Shown piece by piece: positions 9,392-19,157 of a DNA stretch of 64,000 bases; the stretch's first letter is position 1, and the number at the start of each line of letters is the position of its first letter. Below the pieces are notes generated by a model that saw nothing but the letters and a program-made list of their open reading frames with translations, searched no databases and had not been told where the DNA came from. Location: assembly GCA_041891055.1 (NCBI GenBank), contig CP169074.1, positions 224,001-288,000 on the forward strand, given 5' to 3'. This stretch comes from Halorutilales archaeon Cl-col2-1 (GTDB lineage Archaea; Halobacteriota; Halobacteria; Halobacteriales; Afararchaeaceae). A program made the position numbers and the translations under genes.

Positions 9392-10828
9392 ATGATAACC
9401 TCGGAAAGGATGTCAGTCGTCGACGCTAACGCCGCGTACCTCGGCGTCTCAGCGGATAAGCTGATGGAGAACGCCGGAGCGGGGGTCGCACGCGCTGTCG
9501 AGAGGGTCACGATGGGGAACCCCGAGAAGGAGATCACCGTCTTCGCAGGAAAAGGAAACAACGGAGGCGACGCATTCGTCGCGGCTCGTTTCCTACAGGG
9601 ATACGACCCGAAGGTCTACCTTCTGGGTAGGTCGTCGGGTATACACACCGAGACTGCGCGCGACAACTACGAGGCACTCGTCGGGAGCGGCGTGGATGTC
9701 GAGGAGGTCAGAGACTCGTCTCAGGTTCCCGATGTAGACGCCGACGTGGTTCTCGACGGGGTTCTCGGAACAGGTGTCTCAGGCGGTCTGCGTGAACCCG
9801 TGTCTACTGCGGTCGAGGCTATCAACTCCTCAGACTCCGAGGTTGTGAGTGTCGATATCCCGACAGGTGTCGACCCGGACACGGGAGAGGGGAGCGAGAG
9901 GGTCGAAGCCGACACCGTAGTTACCTTCCACGACTTCAAGCCCGCACATACTCGGATCGACGCCAACGTCGACGTAGTCGACATAGGCATACCCGACGCC
10001 GCCGAGGAGTTCGTCGGAGAAGGAGACCTCCAGTTACTCGGACGTGACCTAGACAGCCATAAGGGTGACAACGGAAAGGTACTCGTCGTCGGGGGAGGTC
10101 CCTACACCGGCGCGCCTACTCTCACAGCGACCGCGGCTCTGAGAGCGGGCTGCGACTGGGTGACTGTCGCGGCTCCCGAGTCAGTCGCCGAGACTGTACA
10201 GTCGTACTCGCCCAACCTCATAGTACGTGAGTTAGACGGCGAGAGGCTGAGTCCCGAAAACGTCGAGTACGTCTCCCAACTCGCAGACGGACACGATACC
10301 GTCGTAATCGGACCAGGTATAGGAGATGCCGACGAGACCGTCGAAGCGGCCGCCGAGATACTCCGAGAGGTAGAGTCAGCGGTCGTCGACGCCGACGCCA
10401 TAGCTTCGCTGAGTCAAGTAGACACGTCCGGGAAAGAGGTCATAGCCACCCCCCACGCCGGAGAGCTGTCGTCACTCGGGGTCGATGTACCGGATTCGTG
10501 GGAGGAGAGAAGGGACGTCGTCGAGAGCTTCGCCGACAAGGAGGGTATTACGGTTCTCCTCAAGGGGCGTTACGACGTCGTCTCCGACGGTGAGACCACA
10601 CGTGTCTCACGTACGGGAAACCCGGGGATGACAGTCGGAGGTACCGGAGATGTCCTCGCGGGTATATGTGGCTTCCTTCTTTCTCAGTTAGACAGCCTCG
10701 ACGCCGCGGGAATAGGAGGCTTCGTCAACGGCAGGGCGGGAGACCTCGCGTACGAAGACGAGGGAAACGGTCTCGTGGCGACCGACGTCGTCGAGTGCCT
10801 AACAGACGCGATGCGACAGTATAATTAA
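9392..10828 (+). CDS. nnr: Bifunctional NAD(P)H-hydrate epimerase/dehydratase
   Basis: LMENAG, GKGNNGGD, DIPTG, SHKGDNG, TPHAGE, GGTGDVLAG. Confidence 0.93.
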   Translation: MITSERMSVVDANAAYLGVSADKLMENAGAGVARAVERVTMGNPEKEITVFAGKGNNGGDAFVAARFLQGYDPKVYLLGRSSGIHTETARDNYEALVGSGVDVEEVRDSSQVPDVDADVVLDGVLGTGVSGGLREPVSTAVEAINSSDSEVVSVDIPTGVDPDTGEGSERVEADTVVTFHDFKPAHTRIDANVDVVDIGIPDAAEEFVGEGDLQLLGRDLDSHKGDNGKVLVVGGGPYTGAPTLTATAALRAGCDWVTVAAPESVAETVQSYSPNLIVRELDGERLSPENVEYVSQLADGHDTVVIGPGIGDADETVEAAAEILREVESAVVDADAIASLSQVDTSGKEVIATPHAGELSSLGVDVPDSWEERRDVVESFADKEGITVLLKGRYDVVSDGETTRVSRTGNPGMTVGGTGDVLAGICGFLLSQLDSLDAAGIGGFVNGRAGDLAYEDEGNGLVATDVVECLTDAMRQYN

Positions 10829-10849
10829 GCTTCTGTCGCAACAGCCAAC

Positions 10850-12418
10850 ATGACAGTTATAGCCGGTCTTACGTCAGGCGAAGGCGACGCCCTCTTCGAC
10901 CTACTTGACCGTATAGAGTCAGGGACTCTCGACGCGGAGCTCGCGGGGGTCGTCGGTGACGGCGATGTCGAGGCTCTCGAAACAGCACGTGAGAGAGGAA
11001 TAGAGGCAGAGGCGGTTCCTAAAAACGGCGACTCGAAGGAGGAACACGAGAGACGTATAGCCGATGTGATCGACGGCTGGGACGCCGACGTAATCGCGCT
11101 TGACGGCTACATGCCGATACTCTCACCCTACTTCACCGAGAGGTACGAGGGACAGATACTCAGCTCACATCCTTCTCTCCTACCCGCCTTCAACACTACA
11201 CAGCCGTGGAAGGACGCCCTCGAAGCGGGAGTCGAGGTCACCGGTGTCACGGTTCATTTCGTGACCGACGAGATCGGCGAGGGTCAGATACTGACACAGG
11301 AGCCTGTACGCGTACGTCCCGCCGACGACCCCGAGAGTCTCAGGAGACGTCTCGAAGACGCTGAGAGACGTGCTTATCCGAGGGCGATACGCCTCTTCGA
11401 CGACGTAGAGTTCGAGGACGGAAAGGTCGTGCGTCCCAACGAGTCGGATTCGGAGTCAGGCTTCGGAGACACGATGCTCAAGTCGTGGGAGAAGGAGTCA
11501 GACCTGAGGTACGGAGAGAATCCCCATCAGGATGCCGCCTTCTACCGTGATACCGCCTTCGAGGGCGCGAGCGTCGGAAACGCAAGACAGCTCGGGGGCA
11601 AGGAGATGTCGTACAACAACATGAACGACACTGACGCCGCGCTATCGCTCGTACGTGAGTTCGACAGACCCGCGGCGGTCGTCGTCAAACACACCAATCC
11701 TTGTGGAACCGCAGTCGCTGACACGGTCTCGGAGGCGTACGACAGGGCTCTCGCGACCGACGAGATGAGTGCCTTCGGCGGAATAGTTGCACTCAACAGA
11801 GAGTGTGACGCCGACACAGCCGAGGCGATAACCGAGTCCTTCAAGGAGGTCGTAGTAGCGCCGTCTTACACTGACGATGCCCTCGAAGAGCTACGCACGA
11901 AGGAGAGTCTACGTATACTCGAAGCCGGCGAGTTAGGGAGGAAGCGCGATGATCTCGACGTGAAGAAGGTCGAGGGAGGCGTCCTAGTCCAGGACAGGGA
12001 CGACCGCACAGCTACGAGGAATGACCTCGATATACCGACCGAGAGGGAGCCGACCGACGACGAGATAGAAGCGATGCTCTTCGGATACACGGTAGTCAAA
12101 CACGTCAAGTCGAACGCAATAGTCCTAGCCGACAACAATGACAGCGTCAGTGAGACAGTCGGAGTAGGCGCGGGTCAGATGTCACGTGTCGATGCCGTGA
12201 GGATAGCACGCGACAAGGCGGAGAAGCCCGTCGAGGGTTCGATCCTCGCGAGCGACGCCTTCTTCCCGTTCCGTGACAACATAGACGAAGCCGCCGAGGC
12301 AGGCGTCGAAGCCATAATTCAGCCCGGCGGATCGGTCAATGACGACGAGGTCATAGAGGCTTGTGACGAACACGGCATAGCGATGGCTCTCACCGGATTC
12401 AGGTGTTTCCGCCACTGA
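10850..12418 (+). CDS. purH: PurN-PurH fusion (GAR formyltransferase-like domain + AICAR formyltransferase)
   Basis: N-terminal HPSLLPAF/GVTVHFV; LRYGENPHQ, KHTNPCG, GAGQMSRVD, ASDAFFPF, FRH end. Confidence 0.92.
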   Translation: MTVIAGLTSGEGDALFDLLDRIESGTLDAELAGVVGDGDVEALETARERGIEAEAVPKNGDSKEEHERRIADVIDGWDADVIALDGYMPILSPYFTERYEGQILSSHPSLLPAFNTTQPWKDALEAGVEVTGVTVHFVTDEIGEGQILTQEPVRVRPADDPESLRRRLEDAERRAYPRAIRLFDDVEFEDGKVVRPNESDSESGFGDTMLKSWEKESDLRYGENPHQDAAFYRDTAFEGASVGNARQLGGKEMSYNNMNDTDAALSLVREFDRPAAVVVKHTNPCGTAVADTVSEAYDRALATDEMSAFGGIVALNRECDADTAEAITESFKEVVVAPSYTDDALEELRTKESLRILEAGELGRKRDDLDVKKVEGGVLVQDRDDRTATRNDLDIPTEREPTDDEIEAMLFGYTVVKHVKSNAIVLADNNDSVSETVGVGAGQMSRVDAVRIARDKAEKPVEGSILASDAFFPFRDNIDEAAEAGVEAIIQPGGSVNDDEVIEACDEHGIAMALTGFRCFRH

Positions 12419-12443
12419 CGGAGACCATTTTCGACCACCACTC

Positions 12444-12487
12444 TACAGATGTAGTAACTCTTATATCTGTGTAGTACTACATCTGTA
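12444..12487. promoter_or_regulatory. 13-bp perfect inverted repeat bracketing a TATA box (operator candidate)
   Basis: TACAGATGTAGTA-N18-TACTACATCTGTA ending 2 nt before ATG 12490. Confidence 0.5.
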
Positions 12488-12489
12488 AT

Positions 12490-12852
12490 ATGAAACGTGT
12501 CGAGGACACTGAGGGAGCCAGACAGAGACAGGAAACAATCGCCCAGGCTTCGCCTGATGAGGCTAAGAACCTCGTTAAGTCCGACGACTACTTCGTGCTC
12601 GACGTCAGGAACCCCGACGAACACGAGGAAAAGAGGATTCCTGAGACCGACCGTCTCGTTCCCGTCAAGATCATCGACGGTATGGTCGACAAGATAGAAG
12701 CTGACAAGCTACTCGTCTACTGCAGGAGTGGATCGAGGAGTATGAGAGCGTGCAGACACCTAGTTGACGGAGACTTCGACGAGGTCGTCAATCTAGACGG
12801 CGGAATCAACGGATGGATCGACGAGGGCTTCGAGGTCGCGCGCGGAAGCTAA
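12490..12852 (+). CDS. Rhodanese-domain protein
   Basis: LDVRNPDE, YCRSGSRS, NLDGGINGW. Confidence 0.9.
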   Translation: MKRVEDTEGARQRQETIAQASPDEAKNLVKSDDYFVLDVRNPDEHEEKRIPETDRLVPVKIIDGMVDKIEADKLLVYCRSGSRSMRACRHLVDGDFDEVVNLDGGINGWIDEGFEVARGS

Positions 12853-12999
12853 ACCTCTGAGCCTTATCTTCTGGTACTCAAGATTTCTCTCCTTAAGTTT
12901 AAAATCTCACATAACTTCGGCTTAATACGCGTCTGAATACCAACGATGTAAATATTAATATATACGCACCCCTATATTACGGAGACAGGGTGTCTAGTA

Positions 13000-13518
13000 T
13001 TGTCAGATTCGGACATTACATTCGACGAGTCGTTCAACAGAATGAGAGGTTTGACGGGCGAGATCGAACAGTTTCTGTCTCTTATAAATACGAACCCGAG
13101 TCTCGAAAGGGTGAATCCCACGGAAGCTCTCGAAGACGTGCTCTCTGAGGTTGCGGCGGACTCGGAGAGACGTGGCGTCTCAGCCGACGGGGGACGTGTT
13201 GCCGCGACTACCGACATACTTGCCGACAGGAATCTACTTGAGAACCTCTTCGTCTCCATATTCCGGTTCGCGGACAGGGAAGACAGGGAAGATATCTCTG
13301 TTGAGATATCCGACGGATCTCTCGTGATCCGGGACGAGGGGCTCCCCTCCTCTATACCCTCAAAAGCCTGGGAGCCGGGTTATAGCTCGGGCTCGGGAGG
13401 TTCGGGTCTCGCAGTCGTGAGACAGGTCTGTGAGACACACGGCTGGGAGGTATCCAGCCCCGACGAAGGAGTCCTTAAGATAGACAATCTTCTCATACCG
13501 AGGATCGACCCCGAGTAG
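13000..13518 (+). CDS. Degenerate HATPase_c (histidine-kinase-like) domain protein
   Basis: LLENLF, IRDEG, GSGLAVVRQVCETHGW; no His box; TTG start. Confidence 0.55.
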   Translation: MSDSDITFDESFNRMRGLTGEIEQFLSLINTNPSLERVNPTEALEDVLSEVAADSERRGVSADGGRVAATTDILADRNLLENLFVSIFRFADREDREDISVEISDGSLVIRDEGLPSSIPSKAWEPGYSSGSGGSGLAVVRQVCETHGWEVSSPDEGVLKIDNLLIPRIDPE

Positions 13519-13556
13519 TTTCAAAAAATCTTTATACACGTACTACTATGTATGTA

Positions 13557-13650
13557 GTAGCACCGCTCAGTTCCTCCCTAATCCCCCACCATACCTAAGC
13601 TGAGCCGGTGTCACCCCCCTATCCATACGTTTTCCCCCACCTATTCCATA
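13557..13650 (+). ncRNA. Candidate small RNA with C-rich loop
   Basis: A-run plus TTTATA at ~13523-13536; 12-bp bulged stem 13561-13610; repeated TCCCCCACC. Confidence 0.35.
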
Positions 13651-14403
13651 TCAGTCCTTCCAGCCTTCAGCATTACTATCATTCTCACGTATTCTGCCCT
13701 TCGCACGTCGCGGCATGGGCCAGAGGGCGACTCCGACGGCTACTGAGTAGATGATCACGACCCCGAGGACTACAACTGTTCCGGGAACCCGAGACACCGA
13801 AGCGGATTCTAAAGCCGAGACGTTCTCTGGTGTGAAGGCGGTGATCCTGAGAGCCCACGATCCGACTAAGAGTGTTATGATAGGTAGGTAGACACGTCTG
13901 AGACGCCGTGAGAGAGCCTCGACGAAGGGTATCTTCGCCGCGGGCTCCCTCAGGTCGTCGCTCAGGAGGGCGCGCCATCTCTCGTTCTCGACACCTTCGG
14001 GGTCTATCGCATTTGCGAAGACGTTCTCCTCAAGTATCCTGACACGTGACCTCCAGACATCGTAGGTTCTGTAACGGCGTGCCTCGACTACGAGGAAGAC
14101 CAAGACCGCAACTATTCCGCCGAGGAGGACGTAATGCGGATTATCGGGACTCGAAAACCCCCAAGTCAGTAGTGTCGCAGTCACGACGACAGCCCAGTTA
14201 GTTGTCCTGTCGAGACGCGTTCTCCACGCCGTTGCCCTCCCGAGTTCGCCTCTGTATAGATGCCCCATCAGACCGAAGAAATCAGAGGGCTCCTCGGCTG
14301 CCTCTGCTCCTATTTCGCGCTCCCCGGGTGACAAGGGATCGAAGTCACCGGACTCCGTCTCGGCTTCGGGGTTGACATCGTCGTCGGAACCAGTGTCTTG
14401 CAT
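13651..14403 (-). CDS. DUF2270-family membrane protein
   Basis: HLYRGE..R...WR.RLDRTTNWA, EARRYR.YDVWRSRVR. Confidence 0.85.
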   Translation of the reverse strand: MQDTGSDDDVNPEAETESGDFDPLSPGEREIGAEAAEEPSDFFGLMGHLYRGELGRATAWRTRLDRTTNWAVVVTATLLTWGFSSPDNPHYVLLGGIVAVLVFLVVEARRYRTYDVWRSRVRILEENVFANAIDPEGVENERWRALLSDDLREPAAKIPFVEALSRRLRRVYLPIITLLVGSWALRITAFTPENVSALESASVSRVPGTVVVLGVVIIYSVAVGVALWPMPRRAKGRIRENDSNAEGWKD

Positions 14404-14489
14404 CCAGGCTCTATTACTCCTTCTCCCTCTTATCTGTGCCGCCGAAGCCGAAGAGGGAGTTTTATACTCGGTTAAGTTAACACACAATC

Positions 14490-15674
14490 ATGAGCTTCTA
14501 CTACAGACATCCGAAGGTCAAGGTGTCATTCGGAAGAGGAGAAAGGTCTTGGGCGGGAAAGCTAGCGTCGAAACACGGCGAGAGGGCTCTCGTCGTCACG
14601 GGGAAGTCGGCGATGGAACGTCTCGGCTTCCTCGAGGAGCTTTACGACAGCCTTGAGGAGAACGGCGTAGAGGTCGTCCAAACTTTCAACGACATACGTC
14701 CCAACCCCGAGGTTCGCGACGCCGAGAACTGCGCGAGGTCGGTCTGGGACGACGACATTGACGTCATAGTCGCGCTCGGAGGCGGAAGCGTGATGGACAC
14801 CGCGAAGGGAGTCAACGTCGCCCTGTCTAACTGGGATTCCCCCGACGAGGGTCTCTGGGAGTACGTCTCTGGGGAGACGAGGATAGAAGAGTATAACCTG
14901 CCTCTCGTAGCTATAACTACGACTAGTGGAACCGGAAGCCACGTCAACACGGGCGCAGTCCTTGCCAACGACGAGATAAACGCGAAGCCCGCCTTCGGAC
15001 ACACCGACATGGCTCCCGACAACGCGATAGTCGACCCCGAGATAATGGATCACCTACCTCCCGAGGTCACAGCCGCGAGTGGCTTCGATGTCTTCGCACA
15101 CGCGAGCGAGGGATACGTGGCGGGAGGCGAGCATCCGATCTCCGACCTATACAGCATAGAGGCGATGGAGAAGGTCGCTAACTCACTCGTAGCCGCGGTA
15201 AATAACCCGACAGAGGAGGCGAGGGACGAGATGGCACTCGCTGACACGCTCGCCGGGGAGGCTCTCGCGTCGAACGGCACTGTTCTCAACCACGCACTCG
15301 CCCACTCGATAAGCGGACACGATCCCGACGTCGCCCACGGTCAGGCACTTGCCACGATCACTCCCGCGGTGATAAGGTACAACGTCGAGAACGGCGACGA
15401 GAGGACGAGACAAAGATACTCTGACATAGCACGTATACTCGGAAAGGACATCGACGGCGGCGGAAGGAAGGATGCCCTCAAGGCAGCCGAAGCGGTCGAG
15501 GAGCTAAGGGCTGAGATAGGTCTCGACAGGAGGATAGACGACTTCGACGTCTCGAAGGATGAGATAGACGATATGGTCTCGGAGGCGAAGACTTGGCTCA
15601 AGGGCGCGTGGAACCACAACCCCGTCGAAGTCACCGAGGACGACGCGAAGGCGATATACGACGAGGCGTGGTAG
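14490..15674 (+). CDS. Iron-containing alcohol dehydrogenase
   Basis: GGGSVMDTAK, TTSGTGS, D..AH, HALAH, HG motifs. Confidence 0.9.
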   Translation: MSFYYRHPKVKVSFGRGERSWAGKLASKHGERALVVTGKSAMERLGFLEELYDSLEENGVEVVQTFNDIRPNPEVRDAENCARSVWDDDIDVIVALGGGSVMDTAKGVNVALSNWDSPDEGLWEYVSGETRIEEYNLPLVAITTTSGTGSHVNTGAVLANDEINAKPAFGHTDMAPDNAIVDPEIMDHLPPEVTAASGFDVFAHASEGYVAGGEHPISDLYSIEAMEKVANSLVAAVNNPTEEARDEMALADTLAGEALASNGTVLNHALAHSISGHDPDVAHGQALATITPAVIRYNVENGDERTRQRYSDIARILGKDIDGGGRKDALKAAEAVEELRAEIGLDRRIDDFDVSKDEIDDMVSEAKTWLKGAWNHNPVEVTEDDAKAIYDEAW

Positions 15675-15760
15675 TCTGGGCTAGGAAACTTTATTTGCTT
15701 CGAGAACCTAAACCGAGTGCCTCCCAAACCGAAAAACAATCAGGAGGTCTGGAGAAAACC

Positions 15761-16702
15761 ATGGAAGTCAGACAGATAGCAGAGGAACTACACGGCAGAT
15801 TTTCGGAAGACGTGTCGGTTGACGAGATAGAGGAGAGTCTCGACAGTCTCATAAACGAGTACCAAGTCCCCGAGGACGAGGCGCGCCGGAGCGTCATAAG
15901 CAGATACTCCGACGGGGACGCCGATGCTAACGCTAACTCCGAAGCCGGCTCGCCCGACGAGGTCACCAAGGTGTCGGAGATAGATTCGCCCGAGGAATGG
16001 ATCACGGTTGAGGTCGAGGTCGTCGATCTCTGGGAACCCACGAGCGACGCTATAGGACAGGTGGGTCTCGTGGGCGACGAAACTGATACCGTAAAGTTCA
16101 CAGCGTGGGCGAAGAGCGACCTTCCCGAGTTAGACGAGGGCGGGACATACAGGCTCGAAAACGTTGTGACAGACGAGTACGAGGGACGTATGAGCATTAA
16201 GCTCAACTCGTCGACCGAGATAGAAGAGATCGACGACGAGATTGAGGTCGGCACAGCCGAGACTGAGATAGAAGGCGCGCTCGTCGACATACAGTCAGGG
16301 AGCGGTCTCATAAAGAGATGTCCCGTTGAGGGATGTACGCGCGTCCTCCAGAACGGACGGTGTGCAGAACACGGCGACGTCGACGGCGAGTTCGATCTAC
16401 GTGTCAAGGGAGTCATAGACGACGGAAAAGAGGTTCACGACGTCATATTCGACCGCGAGATGACCGAGGATCTGACCGGGATCACGATGGAAGAGGCGAA
16501 ACAGAAGGCGATGGACAAACTCGACACGAGCGTAGTGACCGACGATATACACGAGAAACTCGTCGGACGGTACTTCAGTGTCTCGGGAACCGAGATAGGA
16601 AGATACCTTCTCGCTAACGACGCCGAGAAGCTCTCAGCAGATACTGATACTGACGCACTCCTTATAAGAGCGCGGTCGGTAGGAGGTGGTTCGGATGAGT
16701 GA
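15761..16702 (+). CDS. rpa3: Replication protein A (OB folds + Zn finger), Rpa3-type
   Basis: QVGLVGDET OB fold; GSGLIKRCPVEGC.R...GRC.EHG. Confidence 0.85.
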   Translation: MEVRQIAEELHGRFSEDVSVDEIEESLDSLINEYQVPEDEARRSVISRYSDGDADANANSEAGSPDEVTKVSEIDSPEEWITVEVEVVDLWEPTSDAIGQVGLVGDETDTVKFTAWAKSDLPELDEGGTYRLENVVTDEYEGRMSIKLNSSTEIEEIDDEIEVGTAETEIEGALVDIQSGSGLIKRCPVEGCTRVLQNGRCAEHGDVDGEFDLRVKGVIDDGKEVHDVIFDREMTEDLTGITMEEAKQKAMDKLDTSVVTDDIHEKLVGRYFSVSGTEIGRYLLANDAEKLSADTDTDALLIRARSVGGGSDE

Positions 16703-17315
16703 GTCCGATATAAGACGTGAGGTCGCGCGGCGTGTCTTCGCACGTGAGTTCGGCGACTCTTCCCACACGTTCAAGGAAAGCGACGACGACCGCGCACCGA
16801 CCTACCTCCTTCTTCCGACAGGCGAGAAGGCGAACCGTGTCTTCGTGGTCGGGACTCTCACAGAGAAGGAGGACATAGGTGAGGACTCGGAGTACTGGAG
16901 GGCAAGAGTCGTCGATCCTACGGGAACCTTCCTCGTCTACGCTGGACAGTACCAGCCCGAGGCAGTCGATGCTCTCCGTGACATAGAGCCTCCCGAGTAC
17001 GTCGCCGTCGTGGGCAAGCCCAACACCTACGAGCCCGAAGACGAAGACGGCGAGACAGACGTTGGCGAATCTGAAGATTCGCCTGCAGACGAGAACGAGA
17101 GTTCTCGGGACGTTATAACCTCGATACGCCCCGAGTCGATCAACATCGTCGACGCAGAGACGCGTGATAGATGGATAGGCGAGACCGCCGAGAGAACTCT
17201 TGACAGGATTGAGGGAGAGGCCGACGAGAAGGAGATGTCTCACGAGATCTACGGTGACGGAATAAGCCCGAGATACAAAGACGTAGTCGTGGACGCACTC
17301 GAAAGCCTCGAATAG
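16695..17315 (+). CDS. RPA-associated protein
   Basis: REVARRVFA.E, RAP...LLPTGE.ANRV, YAGQYQPEA; overlaps the rpa stop. Confidence 0.85.
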   Translation: MSESDIRREVARRVFAREFGDSSHTFKESDDDRAPTYLLLPTGEKANRVFVVGTLTEKEDIGEDSEYWRARVVDPTGTFLVYAGQYQPEAVDALRDIEPPEYVAVVGKPNTYEPEDEDGETDVGESEDSPADENESSRDVITSIRPESINIVDAETRDRWIGETAERTLDRIEGEADEKEMSHEIYGDGISPRYKDVVVDALESLE

Positions 17316-17415
17316 GGAACATATCTTTTTCGACCTGAATTTGGGTCTAACTTAGGGTCGAGTTGGTACGTATCTCGGAAAAGAGTATTTTATACCCGAG
17401 ACGTCGTACCGTACG

Positions 17416-17922
17416 ATGACCTCGACACGTTCGACTATACAGAGTCACATAGCCGAGAACCCCGGAGTCTACTTCAGCCAGATTGTCAGGTCTCTTGACC
17501 TCGCGCCCGGTCAGGTTCAGCACCATCTCCGGAGTCTGAGAGAGGACGACGACGTGATCGAGGACTCGATAAGGGGCTACACGCATTACTACCCCGAGAC
17601 GTACGACGGCTGGGAGAGGGAGACGCTCGCCTTCCTCAGACGTGAGACGGTGCGTGACATACTCTTCGTAATAATCGAGGAGGAGCCCAACGCGAATCCG
17701 GTCGACATAACAGATGAACTCGGTATAGCGAGGAGCACGCTTGAGTGGCATCTCGATAGTCTCGTCGATAGGGACATAGTCGAGAAGAACAGGGAGATGG
17801 GGGGCGGCGTCGGTCTGAGTCTGTCACATCCCGAGAGAACCCACGAGCTTCTAGAGGAGGTCTCGCCGTCTCTGAGCGACAGACTCACTGACAGGTTCAT
17901 ACGTGCTTTCGACCAGATCTGA
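17416..17922 (+). CDS. Double winged-HTH transcriptional regulator
   Basis: NPGVYFSQI..LDLAPGQVQHHL; ELGIARSTLEWHL. Confidence 0.85.
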   Translation: MTSTRSTIQSHIAENPGVYFSQIVRSLDLAPGQVQHHLRSLREDDDVIEDSIRGYTHYYPETYDGWERETLAFLRRETVRDILFVIIEEEPNANPVDITDELGIARSTLEWHLDSLVDRDIVEKNREMGGGVGLSLSHPERTHELLEEVSPSLSDRLTDRFIRAFDQI

Positions 17923-17983
17923 TTTCTGTGTAACTATGAATGACCGGAATTTATATGGTCTCTTCCGACACGAGTAGTAAAGG

Positions 17984-18298
17984 ATGCGCCAGCTGTTGTG
18001 GTGGCTTATCGGCGGCTCACGTGGTGGTCGGAACCGTCTGCGCATCATACGTGTATTACAGGATCAGCCGATGAACACCAACCAGCTGTCGAACGAGCTC
18101 GACCTCGACTACAAGACGGTACAGCACCATCTTGAGATGCTAGAGGAGAACGATATACTCACTACTCAGGGGGGTAACTACGGCACGATGTACTTTCTGA
18201 CCGACAGGATGAGACAGAACCTAGACATACTCAACGAGGTGGCTCAGAGGGCTGACCTCGAAAACGTAGACGTAGATTTAGGTGATCAGGATGACTGA
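17984..18298 (+). CDS. ArsR-family HTH regulator
   Basis: LWWLIGGSRGG.NR, LDYKTVQHHL..LEEN. Confidence 0.85.
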   Translation: MRQLLWWLIGGSRGGRNRLRIIRVLQDQPMNTNQLSNELDLDYKTVQHHLEMLEENDILTTQGGNYGTMYFLTDRMRQNLDILNEVAQRADLENVDVDLGDQDD

Positions 18299-18785
18299 CG
18301 ACGAAGCTACGGACGCCGAGAACCACGACGACAAGACTCCGGAGGAGACGGGCGACCCCGGAGGAGGCAGGACATTTACCCCCCTTACCAAGACTGTTGG
18401 GGTAGTAATAGTCTCGGTCACCGTGGCTCTCGTGATCGGCTTCGGTGTACCTGGGATACTAGCACCCGACGAGAAAATGGGGTACATTCCCGACTTCATA
18501 ATCCTCCTCGTCCAGATTAAGATATTCATAACTACGTTCAATCTTCTCCTCCTCCTCGTTCTCGCGAGGTCGTACGTCAGAATCTACCGCGACCTCCCCA
18601 ACAAGTACACGAGGAGCCTCATAATACTTAGCGTCTCGCTCCTCCTCTATGCATTCACCTCTAACCCTCTCGTCCAGATACTCCTCGGACTCTACCCCGA
18701 GCCCAGCATAGGAGCATTCGCGTTCCTCTCCGACTTCTTCATAGGAGTTGCAATAGTCGTTCTCTTCTACCAGAGCGAGGCTTGA
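18291..18785 (+). CDS. Hypothetical membrane protein
   Basis: Four hydrophobic segments; overlaps the ArsR stop. Confidence 0.7.
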   Translation: MTDDEATDAENHDDKTPEETGDPGGGRTFTPLTKTVGVVIVSVTVALVIGFGVPGILAPDEKMGYIPDFIILLVQIKIFITTFNLLLLLVLARSYVRIYRDLPNKYTRSLIILSVSLLLYAFTSNPLVQILLGLYPEPSIGAFAFLSDFFIGVAIVVLFYQSEA

Positions 18786-18803
18786 TCCCTATATCCGAGT
18801 GTA

Positions 18804-18907
18804 AGTCATTCTGCACGCTCGTTCCCGAGTTCAAATCAGTAATAGGGGGGGGGGGGTAGATTTGAACCTCAGTCATTCCGCAGACGCTCCATCCCTTGGT
18901 ACAAATC
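18804..18907. repeat. Degenerate tandem repeat downstream of tRNA-iMet containing T-arm-like copies
   Basis: AGTCATT(C)..GC..ACGCTC..TCCC..GT(T/A)CAAATC at 18804-18837 and 18871-18907; G12-TAGATTTGAAC between them. Confidence 0.55.
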
Positions 18908-18943
18908 CTTGCTCGGCTATTTTCTTCGCTCCACTTAGAAAAG

Positions 18944-19018
18944 TAGCGGGAGGTAGATTTGAACTACCGATCTGCGGGTTATGAGCCCGCCGGAATCTCC
19001 TGGCTATCCCATCCCGCT
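18944..19018 (-). tRNA. Initiator tRNA-Met(CAT)
   Basis: AGCGGGA...TCCCGCT acceptor with A1:U72; GCGGG-CTCATAA-CCCGC anticodon arm. Confidence 0.95.
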
Positions 19019-19157
19019 ACATATCCGTATGTCGATTAGCTGTTTAAGGATTGCGGTATGGCTGGCGTGTGGGAGTCTGTGACCCTCGAACACGCCTCGG
19101 AACACGGCGGAGCACGGTTAAGAGTTATATGCCTCGGCTTCTTCTTACGAAACCAGA

